A stretch of DNA of 64,000 nucleotides from an uncultured Clostridia bacterium (GTDB lineage Bacteria > Bacillota > Clostridia > Christensenellales > UBA3700). This document shows, piece after piece, positions 29,840 to 40,891 of this stretch (the stretch's first letter is position 1; every line of letters begins with the position of its first letter). Where the stretch lies: contig CAMQSU010000001.1 of assembly GCA_947037025.1 (NCBI GenBank), forward strand, positions 111,522-175,521. The letters are read 5' to 3'. The notes below the pieces were generated by a model. That model made no database searches and had not been told where the DNA came from. It saw nothing but the letters and a program-made list of their open reading frames with translations. A program made the position numbers and the translations under genes.

Positions 29840-30961
29840 ATGTTTGATTTGGCAATAATTGGCGGTGGCTTTAGTGGTATGATTGCAACTATTCAGGCGG
29901 CAAAACTTGGCTTGAGCGTGGTTATCATTGAAAGCGGCGACAGGTTAGGTAAGAAACTTCTTGCTACCGGCAACGGTAGATGCAACCTTACTAATATGGT
30001 TATGAGTACTGATTTTTATAACACTGATAAAATAGCTAACATATTAAAAAACTATCCGCCGGAGAAAATGCGTGCGGATCTGCTCGAAATTGGGCTTGTT
30101 ACTAAAGTTAGGTCGGATAGAGTTTATCCTTTTTCTGATCAATCATGCAATGTGCTTGATTTGCTTATAGATAATCTTGAAGACTGCGGCGCTAGTGTAA
30201 GACTTGGTGCAACAGTAAATAAAATTACAAAAGCTGCTGACGAAAAGTCTTTTACTTTAGCGACAAGTGACGGAAATATTAGTGCTGTTAAGGTTTGCCT
30301 TGCAAGCGGAAGTACCGCTAGTTTTGGTAGAAACTCTATGTCGTTGCTCTCTGATATCAATCACCAATGTACCGATCTGAAGTGCGGATTATCTGCATTT
30401 GAGGCTGTGCATATTGCTGATATTAAAGGTCTAGCAGGTGCAAGGCAAGAGGGATTAGTTTCACTTATTGTAGATGATAAAGTAGTGTGTCAAGAGTTTG
30501 GTGAGATTCAGTTTAGACGTGACTCTCTATCTGGAATAGTAATGTTTAATATGCAGTCAAGGCTGCAGTGGTTAGGGCATTATAGAGGGACTGTCAGTAT
30601 TGATTTTATGCCTGATTTTACGGCTGAGCAAGTAAGTAAATTTACTGATAATTGTACTACATTTGACTTTGGAATGCTTCATCGAAATTTGATGGGGAAC
30701 ATTGCAGGTAAGGGAGTTAAGAGTATTAAAGCCTTTACTGTCGATGTTAGAGTATGTGATGATCTAGAGCGTGCACAAGTTGCAACGGGCGGACTTGATT
30801 TGGATATGTTTGATTTAAGCACAATGCAATCAAAACTTTGCGATAACATTTTTGCTATAGGTGAGGTGCTTGATGTTGATGGTTTATGCGGTGGTTATAA
30901 TTTGCACTGGGCGTACGCTTCCGCAAGTACTTTTACTAGCGGACTTAAGGAGAAATTATGA
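29840..30961 (+). CDS. FAD-dependent flavoprotein, HI0933/BaiN/YhiN family
   Basis: The N-terminal DLAIIGGGFSGM...GKKLLATGNGRCNLTN is characteristic of this family. At 373 aa it is somewhat short. Confidence 0.75.
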   Translation: MFDLAIIGGGFSGMIATIQAAKLGLSVVIIESGDRLGKKLLATGNGRCNLTNMVMSTDFYNTDKIANILKNYPPEKMRADLLEIGLVTKVRSDRVYPFSDQSCNVLDLLIDNLEDCGASVRLGATVNKITKAADEKSFTLATSDGNISAVKVCLASGSTASFGRNSMSLLSDINHQCTDLKCGLSAFEAVHIADIKGLAGARQEGLVSLIVDDKVVCQEFGEIQFRRDSLSGIVMFNMQSRLQWLGHYRGTVSIDFMPDFTAEQVSKFTDNCTTFDFGMLHRNLMGNIAGKGVKSIKAFTVDVRVCDDLERAQVATGGLDLDMFDLSTMQSKLCDNIFAIGEVLDVDGLCGGYNLHWAYASASTFTSGLKEKL

Positions 30962-32502
30962 AACAAAAACTAAGTAATATTATGCTTCCAATAGGTTATA
31001 ATGATGATTTAATTAAAAGAGAAGTTGAAAAAAAAATAGGCAAATGTGAGATAATTAAATTAGATAAATTATCGCTTGATTGCAGAAAAAAACATGACAT
31101 ACATTATGTGGCAAGTATTATAGTTGATACTAGATTAAATAACTCAAAATTAACTATTTTTAAGCAGATAAAAAGCCATATTAAAGAGTTAGTTTTAACT
31201 GGTGTAAAAAGTGAGAGTAGACCGATAATTATTGGTAGCGGCCCTTGCGGAATGTTTGCTGCATTATTGCTTGCAGAACAAGGCTTAAAACCGATTATTT
31301 TAGAGCGTGGAGAGCAGGTAGAAAATAGAAAAAAAACTGTAGATAATTTTGCTGATGGCGGAGATTTTTGCGAGCAAAGTAATGTGCAGTTTGGTGAGGG
31401 CGGAGCGGGCACTTTTTCTGATGGAAAACTTAATACTGGTACAAGTAACGAATATATAAATATAGTGCTATCTGAATTTGTGACGCATGGTGCAAATGCT
31501 AACATTTTATATGATGCTAAACCGCACATAGGTACGGATGTTTTAGTCAGTGTTGTATCAAGTATAAGACGCAAGATTATAGCTTTGGGTGGAGAGTACA
31601 GATTTTCATCAAAAGTAGATGGAATAGTAATAAAAGATGGTAAAATTACCGGTGTTACCATTGATAAACAAGTCATTGAAGCGGAAAATGTAATTCTTGC
31701 TTGCGGTCACTCTGCAAGAGATACTGTTACAATGCTTTATGATATGGGCGTGCAAATGGAGGCGAAATCGTTTGCTGTTGGAATGCGTGTAGAGCATGAG
31801 CAAAGTATGCTAGATATAGCGCAGTATGGCAAAGTAAACGATATGCTACCTGCTAGTGATTATAAGCTTTCTCATAGATTAGATAATGGTAAAGGTTGCT
31901 TTACTTTTTGCATGTGTCCGGGAGGATATATTGTACCATCGCAAAGCGAAGAATTTACTGTTGTAACTAACGGAATGAGTGTACAAAAAAGAGATGGAAA
32001 ATTTGGTAATTCTGGTGTATTAGTTGGCGTTGATCCGAGCGACTATGGTGGCGGAGTTTTGGGCGGTTTTGAGTTTCAGAAAAATATAGAAAAATTAGCG
32101 TATAATGCGGGCGGAAATTATGCCGCTCCTGCAGTGCTTGTTGAGGATTTTATTGAGGGAAAAACTAGTGGAGATTTATCAAATTATGAAAACACTTTTA
32201 GCAGAGGTTTATGCACAGGAAGTGTAAGAAAAATATTGCCTAAATTTGTCACTGATGGAATCGCAGAAGGGCTAGTTGCTTTTGGTAGAAAAGTCAAAGG
32301 TTTTGATACTAGTGGAGTGCTTATTGGAGTTGAGAGCAGATCGTCATCTCCTGTTAGGATTTTAAGAGATGAGTTGGGTATGTCTAATATTTTAGGTTTG
32401 TATCCAGCGGGTGAGGGTGCAGGGTTTGCTGGCGGCATAACATCTAGTGCTGTTGATGGAATTAAAACTGCAATAAAGCTTATTGAGAAGTTGCAAGGTT
32501 AG
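30958..32502 (+). CDS. FAD-dependent protein (COG2509-like uncharacterised dehydrogenase)
   Basis: It has the dinucleotide-binding IIIGSGPCGMFAA...LERG motif and a C-terminal LYPAGEGAGFAGGI motif. It overlaps the preceding flavoprotein gene by 4 nt. Confidence 0.7.
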   Translation: MKQKLSNIMLPIGYNDDLIKREVEKKIGKCEIIKLDKLSLDCRKKHDIHYVASIIVDTRLNNSKLTIFKQIKSHIKELVLTGVKSESRPIIIGSGPCGMFAALLLAEQGLKPIILERGEQVENRKKTVDNFADGGDFCEQSNVQFGEGGAGTFSDGKLNTGTSNEYINIVLSEFVTHGANANILYDAKPHIGTDVLVSVVSSIRRKIIALGGEYRFSSKVDGIVIKDGKITGVTIDKQVIEAENVILACGHSARDTVTMLYDMGVQMEAKSFAVGMRVEHEQSMLDIAQYGKVNDMLPASDYKLSHRLDNGKGCFTFCMCPGGYIVPSQSEEFTVVTNGMSVQKRDGKFGNSGVLVGVDPSDYGGGVLGGFEFQKNIEKLAYNAGGNYAAPAVLVEDFIEGKTSGDLSNYENTFSRGLCTGSVRKILPKFVTDGIAEGLVAFGRKVKGFDTSGVLIGVESRSSSPVRILRDELGMSNILGLYPAGEGAGFAGGITSSAVDGIKTAIKLIEKLQG

Positions 32503-32675
32503 TAGCTTTTAAGTAGATAGATAATTTTTTAGTTTTGCATATAGTAGTTGCAATTATAGTTTAATCAGACATGTAGTGTCAATATAAATATATAATCATT
32601 TCAGTATTGCTTAGCAGTGCTTGAATGAATGATAATTTGAAGTGTTAGTAATATGGGGGAATTTAAGGGGTAATA

Positions 32676-33377
32676 ATGATGAGTAATGAAATAGAGGTTC
32701 ATGATGATATATTGGAAGCGCGTATTAAAAAGCTTCCTAAGTATACGGTGAAAGAGGAAAAATTAAATGTAATAACGCATTTTATTGGTGCTGTAATGAG
32801 TATTGTAGGGTTTATGGTGATGCTTGGTTTTGCGATACGCAACACTGTTTTAGAATCTTCAAACTTTATTGATATTATAAGCGCTCTGTTGTTTGGCGGG
32901 TCACTTATATTATTATATACAATGAGTACTATATACCACAACGAGAAAAATTTAGTTAAGAGAGTATACAGACAGAAATTTGATCATTTATCTATAAATA
33001 TTCTGATTGCAGGTAGTTGCTCCGCATTTATGATATCTGGCGTGAATGACGTGTGGGGTTACTCGCTAGTTTCAGGTATTTGGGGGCTTAGTGTCCTTAG
33101 TATGGTTCTTAACTCTATAAATGTTAAAAAGTTTAGGGCAGTTACAATGCTAATTTATGTTATTACAGGCTGGGCACCGATTTTACTTGCTGGTTCAATA
33201 ATTGCAGCATGCGGTATAGGATGCTTTGCATTGCTACTTACAGGCGGTCTATGTTACACTTTTGGCTTGATATTTTATGGCATGAAAAAGGAATATTATC
33301 ATTTTATATGGCATATTTTTGTATTGTTAGGTAGTTTGATGCATATTATAGGTGTAATACTGTATGTATTTAACTAA
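32676..33377 (+). CDS. hemolysin III / PAQR family channel protein
   Basis: It has 7 TM helices and family motifs: NVITHFIGA, STIYH, DHLSI and HFIWHIFVLLGS. Confidence 0.8.
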   Translation: MMSNEIEVHDDILEARIKKLPKYTVKEEKLNVITHFIGAVMSIVGFMVMLGFAIRNTVLESSNFIDIISALLFGGSLILLYTMSTIYHNEKNLVKRVYRQKFDHLSINILIAGSCSAFMISGVNDVWGYSLVSGIWGLSVLSMVLNSINVKKFRAVTMLIYVITGWAPILLAGSIIAACGIGCFALLLTGGLCYTFGLIFYGMKKEYYHFIWHIFVLLGSLMHIIGVILYVFN

Positions 33378-33577
33378 TCATAGCATTCCGTTCAATTAAT
33401 AATTAGTTGCCGTACGTGATTATACTTTCATATTATTAGCTATATTGTTTTAATTTGGCGATAACTTGCAAATATGCATTATAAATTGTATAATTATTAT
33501 TATTTTCTATTTTATCATGGACAATTACGAAAATATGTGATATAATGTATAAAATAAATATAAAAGGAGATATTATT

Positions 33578-33748
33578 ATGGCATACGTTATAAATGATAG
33601 CTGCATCTCTTGTGGTGCTTGTTCTGGAGAATGTCCAGTTTCTGCTATTAGCGAAGGTGCTGACAAATATGTAATTTCAGAAGATACTTGTATCTCTTGC
33701 GGTGCATGTTTAGAGCAGTGTCCAGTTAGTGCAATCGAAGCTGACTAA
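33578..33748 (+). CDS. clostridial-type 2x[4Fe-4S] ferredoxin (56 aa)
   Basis: It has two CxxCxxCxxxCP motifs (CISCGACSGECP; CISCGACLEQCP). The start is at MAYVIND, with AAGGAGA upstream. Confidence 0.9.
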   Translation: MAYVINDSCISCGACSGECPVSAISEGADKYVISEDTCISCGACLEQCPVSAIEAD

Positions 33749-33961
33749 TTTAAGTAAATATTGAGGGCCGCTATTTGTAGTGGTCCTCAATAACCATTTT
33801 ATTTAGGCTAGTGATTAGAAAATCAAATTAGTCTTTGATGATTCGAATTTAAATATATTCAGTATTGTCAAATTAATGAATAAACAGAATAATATGTTTG
33901 TCTACATAGTGAGTGGGGGTTGTTGCCTGCTCATTTGTATTGTAGATGCAAGGAGAGAAAA

Positions 33962-34438
33962 ATGGCAAAGGTAACAATTTTAACCAAAGAAGGTTTTGAG
34001 AAATTAAATGAAGAATTACGCGATTATGTTGATGTTAGGCGTCCTGATGCTTCTGAGAAAATAAAAATCGCCAGAGATTTTGGTGATTTGAGTGAGAATG
34101 CTGAGTATGACGCTGCGAAAGAAGAACAGGGTCGTGTTGAATTCAGGATTAAGCAACTACTAGAATATCTTGATAATGTTGAAATTGTCGATATGGATAG
34201 CTTGAGTACTGACGTCGTTGGCGTGGGTACTTATGTTACTGTTCATGAGATAGATTTTGACGAAACTTCAAAGTACAGAATCGTTGGCGAGATTGAGGCT
34301 GATATTAATAATAATTTAATCAGCAACGAATCGCCTATCGCGGTTGCACTTTTAGGAAAGAAGAAAGGCGCTAAAGTTACTGTGGTTACTCCAGAAAGTG
34401 GTTTTGACGTTAAGATTATCGCTATTACTAAAGAATAA
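33962..34438 (+). CDS. greA: transcription elongation factor GreA
   Basis: The canonical coiled-coil tip ARDFGDLSENAEYDAAKEEQ is present. The product is 158 aa from MAKVTILT, which follows AAGGAGAG. Confidence 0.9.
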   Translation: MAKVTILTKEGFEKLNEELRDYVDVRRPDASEKIKIARDFGDLSENAEYDAAKEEQGRVEFRIKQLLEYLDNVEIVDMDSLSTDVVGVGTYVTVHEIDFDETSKYRIVGEIEADINNNLISNESPIAVALLGKKKGAKVTVVTPESGFDVKIIAITKE

Positions 34439-34465
34439 TACAAAGCATAATCATAGGAGATAAAG

Positions 34466-35950
34466 ATGGAAGAGAATAATATTGCTAAAGAAGTCGATGT
34501 TAATGAGATTATTAAAGCTAGACAAGAGAAGCTAGCTAGGCTTATTGAGATGGATAAAAATCCTTATGAGATAGTTAAATTTGATAAGGATACTAATACT
34601 TGCGACATAAAAGCTAAGTTTGATGAGTTTGAGGGCAAGACTGTTAAAATCGCTGGGCGTATGATGTCTAGGCGTGTAATGGGCAAGGCTAGCTTTGCTA
34701 ACTTGCTAGATGGCTCAGGCAATATTCAGTTATACGTTAGCCGTGGCGACATTGGCGAAGATGAATATGTTGAGTTTAAAAAGTATGACATCGGCGATAT
34801 TATCGGCGTAACTGGCATGGTATTTACGACTAAGACAGGCGAGATTAGCATTCATACTAATGAAATTGAACTGCTATCTAAGTCACTTTTGCCGCTACCT
34901 GAAAAATATCATGGTCTTAAAGACACTGATACTAGGTACCGCCAAAGATATGTTGACCTTATTGCAAATCCCGATGTTAAGAAAACTTTTGTCACAAGAT
35001 CAAAGATAATTACGGCAATTCGTTCGTTTTTAGATAATAGAGATTTTCTTGAGGTTGAAACTCCTATCCTTAATACTGTTCCTGGTGGAGCTTCAGCGCG
35101 TCCATTTGTTACTCATCACAATACACTAGATTTAGAGATGTATATGCGTATCGCTCCAGAGCTTTACTTAAAGCGTCTTATTGTAGGCGGATTTGAGCGA
35201 GTTTATGAGATTGGTAGATTGTTTAGAAATGAGGGAATGGATTCACGTCACAACCCAGAGTTTACGACTGTTGAGCTTTATCAAGCATACACTGATTATC
35301 ATGGTATGATGGATCTTACTGAGGAAATGTTTAACTTTATCGCGGATAATGTTATTTACAGCAAGACTATTAATTATCAAGGCGTTGATATCAATATAGG
35401 CGATCCTTGGAAGCGTATCACTATGGTGCAAGCCGTTTGTGAAAGCACTGGTATTGACTTTGATACGGACGATATGCCAACTTGCATAGCTAAGGCTAAG
35501 GCAATCGGTATTGAGCTTAAAGAGAATATCTCTTGGGGTAAGGCACTTTATCAAGTGTTTGACCTTAAAGTTGAGTCTCAACTTATTCAGCCTACATTTA
35601 TTACCGATTATCCTGTGGAGGTTTCTCCACTTGCAAAGCGTAAAAAATCTGACCCTAGACTTACTGAGAGGTTTGAGTTCTTTATAACTTCTCGTGAAAT
35701 GGGTAATGCTTTCTCTGAGCTTAATGATCCTATCGATCAAAAAGCAAGATTCCTTGATCAAGTAAAAGAGCGTGAGGACGGCGATGACGAGGCTCAGATG
35801 ATGGATGAAGATTTTGTTACAGCATTAGAGTACGGTATGCCTCCAACAGGCGGTCTTGGCATTGGTATTGATAGACTTGTTATGCTATTTACTGACGAGT
35901 CAAATATCCGTGATGTACTATTATTTCCTACAATGAAACCATTATTATGA
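34466..35950 (+). CDS. lysS: lysine--tRNA ligase (class II)
   Basis: It has motif 2 ([15 protein letters not shown]), motif 3 ([12 protein letters not shown]) and an N-terminal OB fold. Confidence 0.95.
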   Translation: MEENNIAKEVDVNEIIKARQEKLARLIEMDKNPYEIVKFDKDTNTCDIKAKFDEFEGKTVKIAGRMMSRRVMGKASFANLLDGSGNIQLYVSRGDIGEDEYVEFKKYDIGDIIGVTGMVFTTKTGEISIHTNEIELLSKSLLPLPEKYHGLKDTDTRYRQRYVDLIANPDVKKTFVTRSKIITAIRSFLDNRDFLEVETPILNTVPGGASARPFVTHHNTLDLEMYMRIAPELYLKRLIVGGFERVYEIGRLFRNEGMDSRHNPEFTTVELYQAYTDYHGMMDLTEEMFNFIADNVIYSKTINYQGVDINIGDPWKRITMVQAVCESTGIDFDTDDMPTCIAKAKAIGIELKENISWGKALYQVFDLKVESQLIQPTFITDYPVEVSPLAKRKKSDPRLTERFEFFITSREMGNAFSELNDPIDQKARFLDQVKEREDGDDEAQMMDEDFVTALEYGMPPTGGLGIGIDRLVMLFTDESNIRDVLLFPTMKPLL

Positions 35951-36010
35951 TGATTAAACTAATTATATAGTTATAGAAATAAATAATAATAAAACTTTAG
36001 GAGAACAATT

Positions 36011-36775
36011 ATGAATGTTACAAGAGAAAACGCAAATAGAATTTACAACAGATATGTGAAGTTAGGTTTAGCATTATTTACATCGTTTTTGCTGTTAATA
36101 AGTTTAGCTACGGTTGTGTTCCGTCAGAGCATAGCATTAGTTGAAATGTCAGTAGACCTGTCTATTTTTGATATAGTTAAGCAATTGTTTACTGGCAATT
36201 TTGAACTAGATGTTGCTATTGTGGTATTAACAGCAGTAATGATGTTAATAGCGTTTTCTGGACTTGTTACTATAATAGTGGCAGGTGTTAGAGGAATCCT
36301 TTCGATTTCAAACAAAGAAAAAGAGCAAAAATACAACGGAATCATAATTGCAAACATAGTGTTGTCGGGTGTGTTTACAGTATTGGGTATATTGGTATTT
36401 GCCCTGATTAAAGTGCAAATGAATAATGAATATACTGGCTACAATGCTAATCAATATGATGAATTAATTACATGTTCAACTACTACGTTTATTCCATTCA
36501 TATTTTCTGCATTAACAGGTATTGGCATGATAATAACTGGTGCTGTTATTAACAGTATAAAAAGCGGAATTGATCCAGTTACAGGATTGCCTGTAGTTCA
36601 ACCAAGTGTAGCGCAGCCTAATGTGGCTCAGCCAGCAATGAAAGCAACGCTTACTGGGATTGATCTAGTTAAGTCAGAGCTTATGAATGCAAAAGAAATG
36701 TTAGACTCAGGTCTAATTAATGAGGCGGAATACAATGAAATAAAAGCTAAATTAATTGCTAGTAGTAAATATTAA
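36011..36775 (+). CDS. membrane protein with C-terminal SHOCT domain
   Basis: It has about four TM helices, a Pro/Val/Gln linker (VVQPSVAQPNVAQP) and a C-terminal LDSGLINEAEYNEIKAKLI SHOCT motif. Confidence 0.6.
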   Translation: MNVTRENANRIYNRYVKLGLALFTSFLLLISLATVVFRQSIALVEMSVDLSIFDIVKQLFTGNFELDVAIVVLTAVMMLIAFSGLVTIIVAGVRGILSISNKEKEQKYNGIIIANIVLSGVFTVLGILVFALIKVQMNNEYTGYNANQYDELITCSTTTFIPFIFSALTGIGMIITGAVINSIKSGIDPVTGLPVVQPSVAQPNVAQPAMKATLTGIDLVKSELMNAKEMLDSGLINEAEYNEIKAKLIASSKY

Positions 36776-36843
36776 TATGATGTTATAATAGTTTTTATTG
36801 TTTAATTAATATGAAACAATAAAAATGGTGGAGGATGATAAAT

Positions 36844-37584
36844 ATGAAAAATATGAAAATCACAAGAGAGAAAGCAGTAAATGTTTATGATAAGTATGTA
36901 CAGTCGGTAGTTGCAGTGTTGTCATCTATAATTTTATTGGCGTGTTTAGCAGTAAATGTAGTTGAGGTTATAGCAAGAGGGTATACGGAATCAACTTTTA
37001 GTCCATTTGATATGGTGATTGAGTTTCTTTATTATGGCGAAAGTAGGTTTGGTGTTTTTTCTGCTATATTAAGTATCGTTATGTTGCTTATATCACTAGC
37101 AGGAATCGTTACGGTTGCTGTTTCAATTTGCAAGATAGTAGGATCTTTTAATAGATATAAAACAGAAAAAACTTCATACTCTGGTATTATTATAGCAAAT
37201 CTAGTATTAACAATAATGTTTTTCGTATTGGGACTTATTATATATGTTGTTGCCAATCTTAATTTTTCAGGTTATGGCTCAGATGGATTTGGTTTGGGAA
37301 CAGATATATTTACTCCAATGATTCTTTCAGTTGTTTTAATGGTGACTATGGCTATCATTAAAGCGGTAGTTACGAATATACCTGATGAGAATGATTGCAA
37401 CCCTGTGCAGCATTCAAATGCAGCAAGTATAATGCCTCAAGATAATTCAATAAATAGCATTAAAAATGATTTAACAACAATTAAAGATCTGTTTGATACA
37501 GGCATTATTGATGAAAAAGAGTATGCTGAGATGAAAGCAAAGATTATAGCAGAAAATTCAACTGATAATAATCAGTCAATTTAA
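36844..37584 (+). CDS. membrane protein with C-terminal SHOCT domain (tandem paralogue)
   Basis: It has the same architecture as the upstream gene (N-terminal ...TREKAVNVYDKYV, about four TM helices, FDTGIIDEKEYAEMKAKII). The start is at MKNMKIT, after GGAGGA. Confidence 0.6.
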   Translation: MKNMKITREKAVNVYDKYVQSVVAVLSSIILLACLAVNVVEVIARGYTESTFSPFDMVIEFLYYGESRFGVFSAILSIVMLLISLAGIVTVAVSICKIVGSFNRYKTEKTSYSGIIIANLVLTIMFFVLGLIIYVVANLNFSGYGSDGFGLGTDIFTPMILSVVLMVTMAIIKAVVTNIPDENDCNPVQHSNAASIMPQDNSINSIKNDLTTIKDLFDTGIIDEKEYAEMKAKIIAENSTDNNQSI

Positions 37585-37607
37585 ATTAACATTAAATTAA
37601 AAGTAAA

Positions 37608-37638
37608 ACAGCACCGATTATATCGGTGCTGTTTTTTT
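37608..37638 (+). terminator. rho-independent terminator after the SHOCT pair
   Basis: ACAGCACCGAT / ATCGGTGCTGT 11-bp stem, followed by a T7 run. Confidence 0.85.
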
Positions 37639-37663
37639 ATGCGGATTTAGTAAGTAGTAGTTA

Positions 37664-37785
37664 GCATTGTATAAAGGTAGAGTAGAAGTAGTAACTTGCA
37701 TTATATAATGGTAGAGTAGAAGTAATGACTTGCATTATATAAAGGTAGAGTAGTGAGTGGTAGCTTGCATTATATAATGAAGCAT
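37664..37785. repeat. 34-35-bp tandem repeat, ~3.5 copies
   Basis: Units of GCATT(A/G)TATAA(A/T)GGTAGAGTAGAAGTA(G/A)T(A/G)ACTT start at 37664, 37698, 37732 and 37767. Confidence 0.85.
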
Positions 37786-37930
37786 GTAAAATATCAATTA
37801 AGAAAAATAATAAAAGAATATGGTAATGATTATAGAGAATGACACTAACGATTAAGAGTAGCGATAATAATTAATAAAGACAACAATATTAAACATGCAA
37901 AATAATAAAGCATGATACTTGCTATTGAGC

Positions 37931-37964
37931 ATAAAAAAAAGGTGTGTACATTTGTACACACCTT
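37931..37964 (-). terminator. rho-independent terminator after rpsI
   Basis: AAGGTGTGTACA / TGTACACACCTT 12-bp stem. The A8 run on the + strand is a T8 run on the minus strand. Confidence 0.85.
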
Positions 37965-37987
37965 TGATTGTATTTGTATAATAAAGA

Positions 37988-38401
37988 CTATCTCTTGCTG
38001 AACTGAGGTGCCTTTCTCGCTTTCTTAAGACCGTACTTTTTACGCTCTTTGATACGAGAGTCACGTGTTATAAATCCAGCTTTCTTCAGGCTTGCTTTGT
38101 ACTCATCTGAGTTAGCTATTACAAGAGCTCTTGTAATACCATGACGGATAGCACCAGCTTGACCAGTAAAACCACCACCGTTAACATTAACAAAAATGTC
38201 AAACATGCTAGTAGTGCCAGTTAGCTCTAAAGGCTGACGAACGATAAGCTTTAATGTCTCCAAGTCGAAATACTCATCGATTGGACGCTTGTTAATAATA
38301 ATGCTGCCAGTGCCACCAGGGATTAGACGAACTCTAGCTACTGCTTTCTTTCTTCTACCAGTTCCCCAATATTGCAATTGTTTCTTAGCTGCTTTTGCCA
38401 T
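37988..38401 (-). CDS. rpsI: 30S ribosomal protein S9
   Basis: It has [19 protein letters not shown] and ends ...[12 protein letters not shown]. Confidence 0.95.
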   Translation of the reverse strand: MAKAAKKQLQYWGTGRRKKAVARVRLIPGGTGSIIINKRPIDEYFDLETLKLIVRQPLELTGTTSMFDIFVNVNGGGFTGQAGAIRHGITRALVIANSDEYKASLKKAGFITRDSRIKERKKYGLKKARKAPQFSKR

Positions 38402-38418
38402 ATCTGTATTCCTCCTTA

Positions 38419-38847
38419 TTAGAATTTAAGCTCTATAGGGCTTTGCGCTTGCATATTATGCTCCGCACCCTTGAAAACTTTAAGTTTTTTGCTCATGTTA
38501 CGACCAAGTGAATTCTTTGGTAACATGCCCTTAACAGCGTTCATTAAAACTCTGTCAGAATGCTCACTCATCATCTTCTTAAATTGAACCTCTTTAAGTC
38601 CACCGACATAGCCAGTGTGATAACGATAAAATTTTTGCTCTAATTTCTTACCTGTAAGAACCAATTTGTCAGTGTTGATAACGATAACGTAATCTCCACA
38701 GTCAACGTTAGGAGTATAAGTAGGCTTGTGCTTACCTCTTAGTACACTAGCGATTGGGCTAGCTAAACGACCAAGAACAAGATCTGCTGCGTCTACTACA
38801 TACCACTTTCTTTCGATTTCTTCAGGCTTTGCCATATATGTTTTCAT
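38419..38847 (-). CDS. rplM: 50S ribosomal protein L13
   Basis: It has RKWYVVDA...LGRLAS...[11 protein letters not shown]...GDYVIVIN; 142 aa. Confidence 0.95.
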   Translation of the reverse strand: MKTYMAKPEEIERKWYVVDAADLVLGRLASPIASVLRGKHKPTYTPNVDCGDYVIVINTDKLVLTGKKLEQKFYRYHTGYVGGLKEVQFKKMMSEHSDRVLMNAVKGMLPKNSLGRNMSKKLKVFKGAEHNMQAQSPIELKF

Positions 38848-39189
38848 GGTAAAGAACCTCCGATTGTTTTTTAGTTTAGAGAGTCGGAATTTTTAGGGGG
38901 GCTAAACCCTAAACGCTCCATCTCTCATACGCTTTTATAGTTTATTATAAATCGACAATTAAGTCAAGCAATTAGTATGATATTTTAGAGTTTTTTTCGA
39001 TTTTTTTCAAAATTTACACTTTCAAAGCCAAAATACTTATATAATTGCTGCAAAATAAATTACTTTTGCTAAAATTGTTGCTTTTTCCAGTTTTTGCAAG
39101 GCGATATTTTTAACAGTTGTGGCAAGTTAAAAACCTATCACAATGTATATATATACTTTATTCTATATAATTTTATCTATTCGATATAT

Positions 39190-39924
39190 CTATTTGTAGT
39201 AAACGGTATCTAGGCAAAGCCCGATAGCAGGTGCTGTGTGTCCGCCGTGACTTCTGTCGCCAGTCGCTATCATATCACATATTGCATTCGGTTGCAAGTG
39301 ACCTCTGCCAATGTCTAGCAGCGTGCCGACAATTATCCTTACCATATTATACAAAAATCCATTTCCGGTGACTTTTATTGTGATGATGTCCTCATCGATT
39401 TGCATTACTGCGCGATCTATTGTGCGGACTGTGTCAGTTACCGATGAGCCGCTTGCCATAAATGCTCGGAAGTCATGTGTGCCTTCTAGCGCGCAAATGG
39501 CATTTTGCATAAGATTAATTTTTATAGGATATGGATATTGATAAAATCTATTATATAACGGCTTATTTACTTTGCTAAGATATATTTTGTAGCTGTATGT
39601 CTTGCTTTTTGCAGAGTATCTTGCATGAAAATCACTAGCCGCTATCTTGCAATCGGTCATCGCTATGTCCATCGGTAGTATATGCTCAAGTGCTAGCGGT
39701 ATTCGCTCCGCGGGGATTGTTGTATCTGCATCAAAGTGTATTATTTGACCTTTTGCCGATACTCCTGTATCCGTTCTGCCGCTTGCGACAATCTTAGTTG
39801 GGTTAGTAAATAACGTAGACAAAGCTCGCTCTAATACCTCTTGAATGGTTAGAGCGTTATTTTGTATTTGATAGCCTGCATAAGCTTTGCCATCATACTC
39901 AATTGTTGCCATGTATCTATTCAT
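39190..39924 (-). CDS. truA: tRNA pseudouridine(38-40) synthase
   Basis: The catalytic-Asp motif SGRTDTGVSA is present, and FLYNMVRIIVGTL is typical of the family. It sits in the conserved position between ecfT and rplM. Confidence 0.9.
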   Translation of the reverse strand: MNRYMATIEYDGKAYAGYQIQNNALTIQEVLERALSTLFTNPTKIVASGRTDTGVSAKGQIIHFDADTTIPAERIPLALEHILPMDIAMTDCKIAASDFHARYSAKSKTYSYKIYLSKVNKPLYNRFYQYPYPIKINLMQNAICALEGTHDFRAFMASGSSVTDTVRTIDRAVMQIDEDIITIKVTGNGFLYNMVRIIVGTLLDIGRGHLQPNAICDMIATGDRSHGGHTAPAIGLCLDTVYYK

Positions 39925-40015
39925 TATATATCCTTTTTGTATTGCAAGTAAGCTTAGCTTTTATATAAATTTTTCATATTCACAATGCAGCTAGCTGCTA
40001 ATGCGAGTGAAGTTT

Positions 40016-40891
40016 CTATTTTGCAATTAAACTCTTTATCCACTCAACTAAATAATAATCAAGTCCGCTAGCAATGCTAGTATCTGGTGTTATGAAATGG
40101 TACGCATCTACCATGATGAAACATATAAGTGCAGCAAGAACTAGAAACGCAATAGCATCTCTGTAACTGAATGATAACTTTTTCATTTTTGTGCGGTGTG
40201 GGGTCGCGTTGTAGCACCTTGCATCTAGTGCATCTGCAAGCTCGTCCGCACGCCTAAGTGCACTTACAAATAGCGGTATTAAAATAGGTATCATCGATTT
40301 CGCACGCTCATGAATTTTGCCTGTGTCAAATGCTGCCCCTCGCGCCTTTTGTGCCATGATTATTTTGTCAGTTTCCTCCATCAGGCTAGGGATAAGGCGT
40401 AGTGCAGTACTCATTGTAAGCGCTATGTCATGCACGGGTACTTTAATATATTTTAGCGGCGTTAGTAGCCACTCAATTCCATCTGTCATTTCCGTTGGAG
40501 TGGTTGTAAATGTTAGCATGCTTGTTCCGATTATTAGGAATGCTAATCTAAGCATTATTTTAATAGAAAAATCTATTCCTTTATCAGTGATGCGGAATAT
40601 CCACCATTCTGCAAGCACATTGCCGTCTCGGTACATGAATAAGTTAAGCATTCCTGTAAAAATTAACAGAATTAGCACGACTTTTATGCTTTTGAGAACA
40701 GCTCTGAATGGTACTCTAGATATTAGCGTTGTTACGGCTATGAATGTGAATATTGTTAAGTATACTAAATATGATTTTGCGAAAAATATGAAAATCATGT
40801 ACAGTAGACTGAATATTAATTTCGCGCGCGGGTCAAGCCTGTGTATCGGCGATCCTGTTGGATAGTATTGTCCGAATGCGATATCTCTCAT
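40016..40891 (-). CDS. ecfT: ECF transporter transmembrane (T) component
   Basis: It has HRLDPRAKL at the N-terminus and the coupling-helix AQKARGA motif. It overlaps ecfA2 by 4 nt. Confidence 0.9.
   Translation of the reverse strand: MRDIAFGQYYPTGSPIHRLDPRAKLIFSLLYMIFIFFAKSYLVYLTIFTFIAVTTLISRVPFRAVLKSIKVVLILLIFTGMLNLFMYRDGNVLAEWWIFRITDKGIDFSIKIMLRLAFLIIGTSMLTFTTTPTEMTDGIEWLLTPLKYIKVPVHDIALTMSTALRLIPSLMEETDKIIMAQKARGAAFDTGKIHERAKSMIPILIPLFVSALRRADELADALDARCYNATPHRTKMKKLSFSYRDAIAFLVLAALICFIMVDAYHFITPDTSIASGLDYYLVEWIKSLIAK

Noticed and set aside
38848-38960. Possible ribosomal L13 leader upstream of rplM (minus strand)
   Set aside because: A GAGAG...CTCTC stem enclosing GGG/CCC pairing is visible. 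I cannot confirm it against the L13 leader model from memory, and the promoter spacing is poor.
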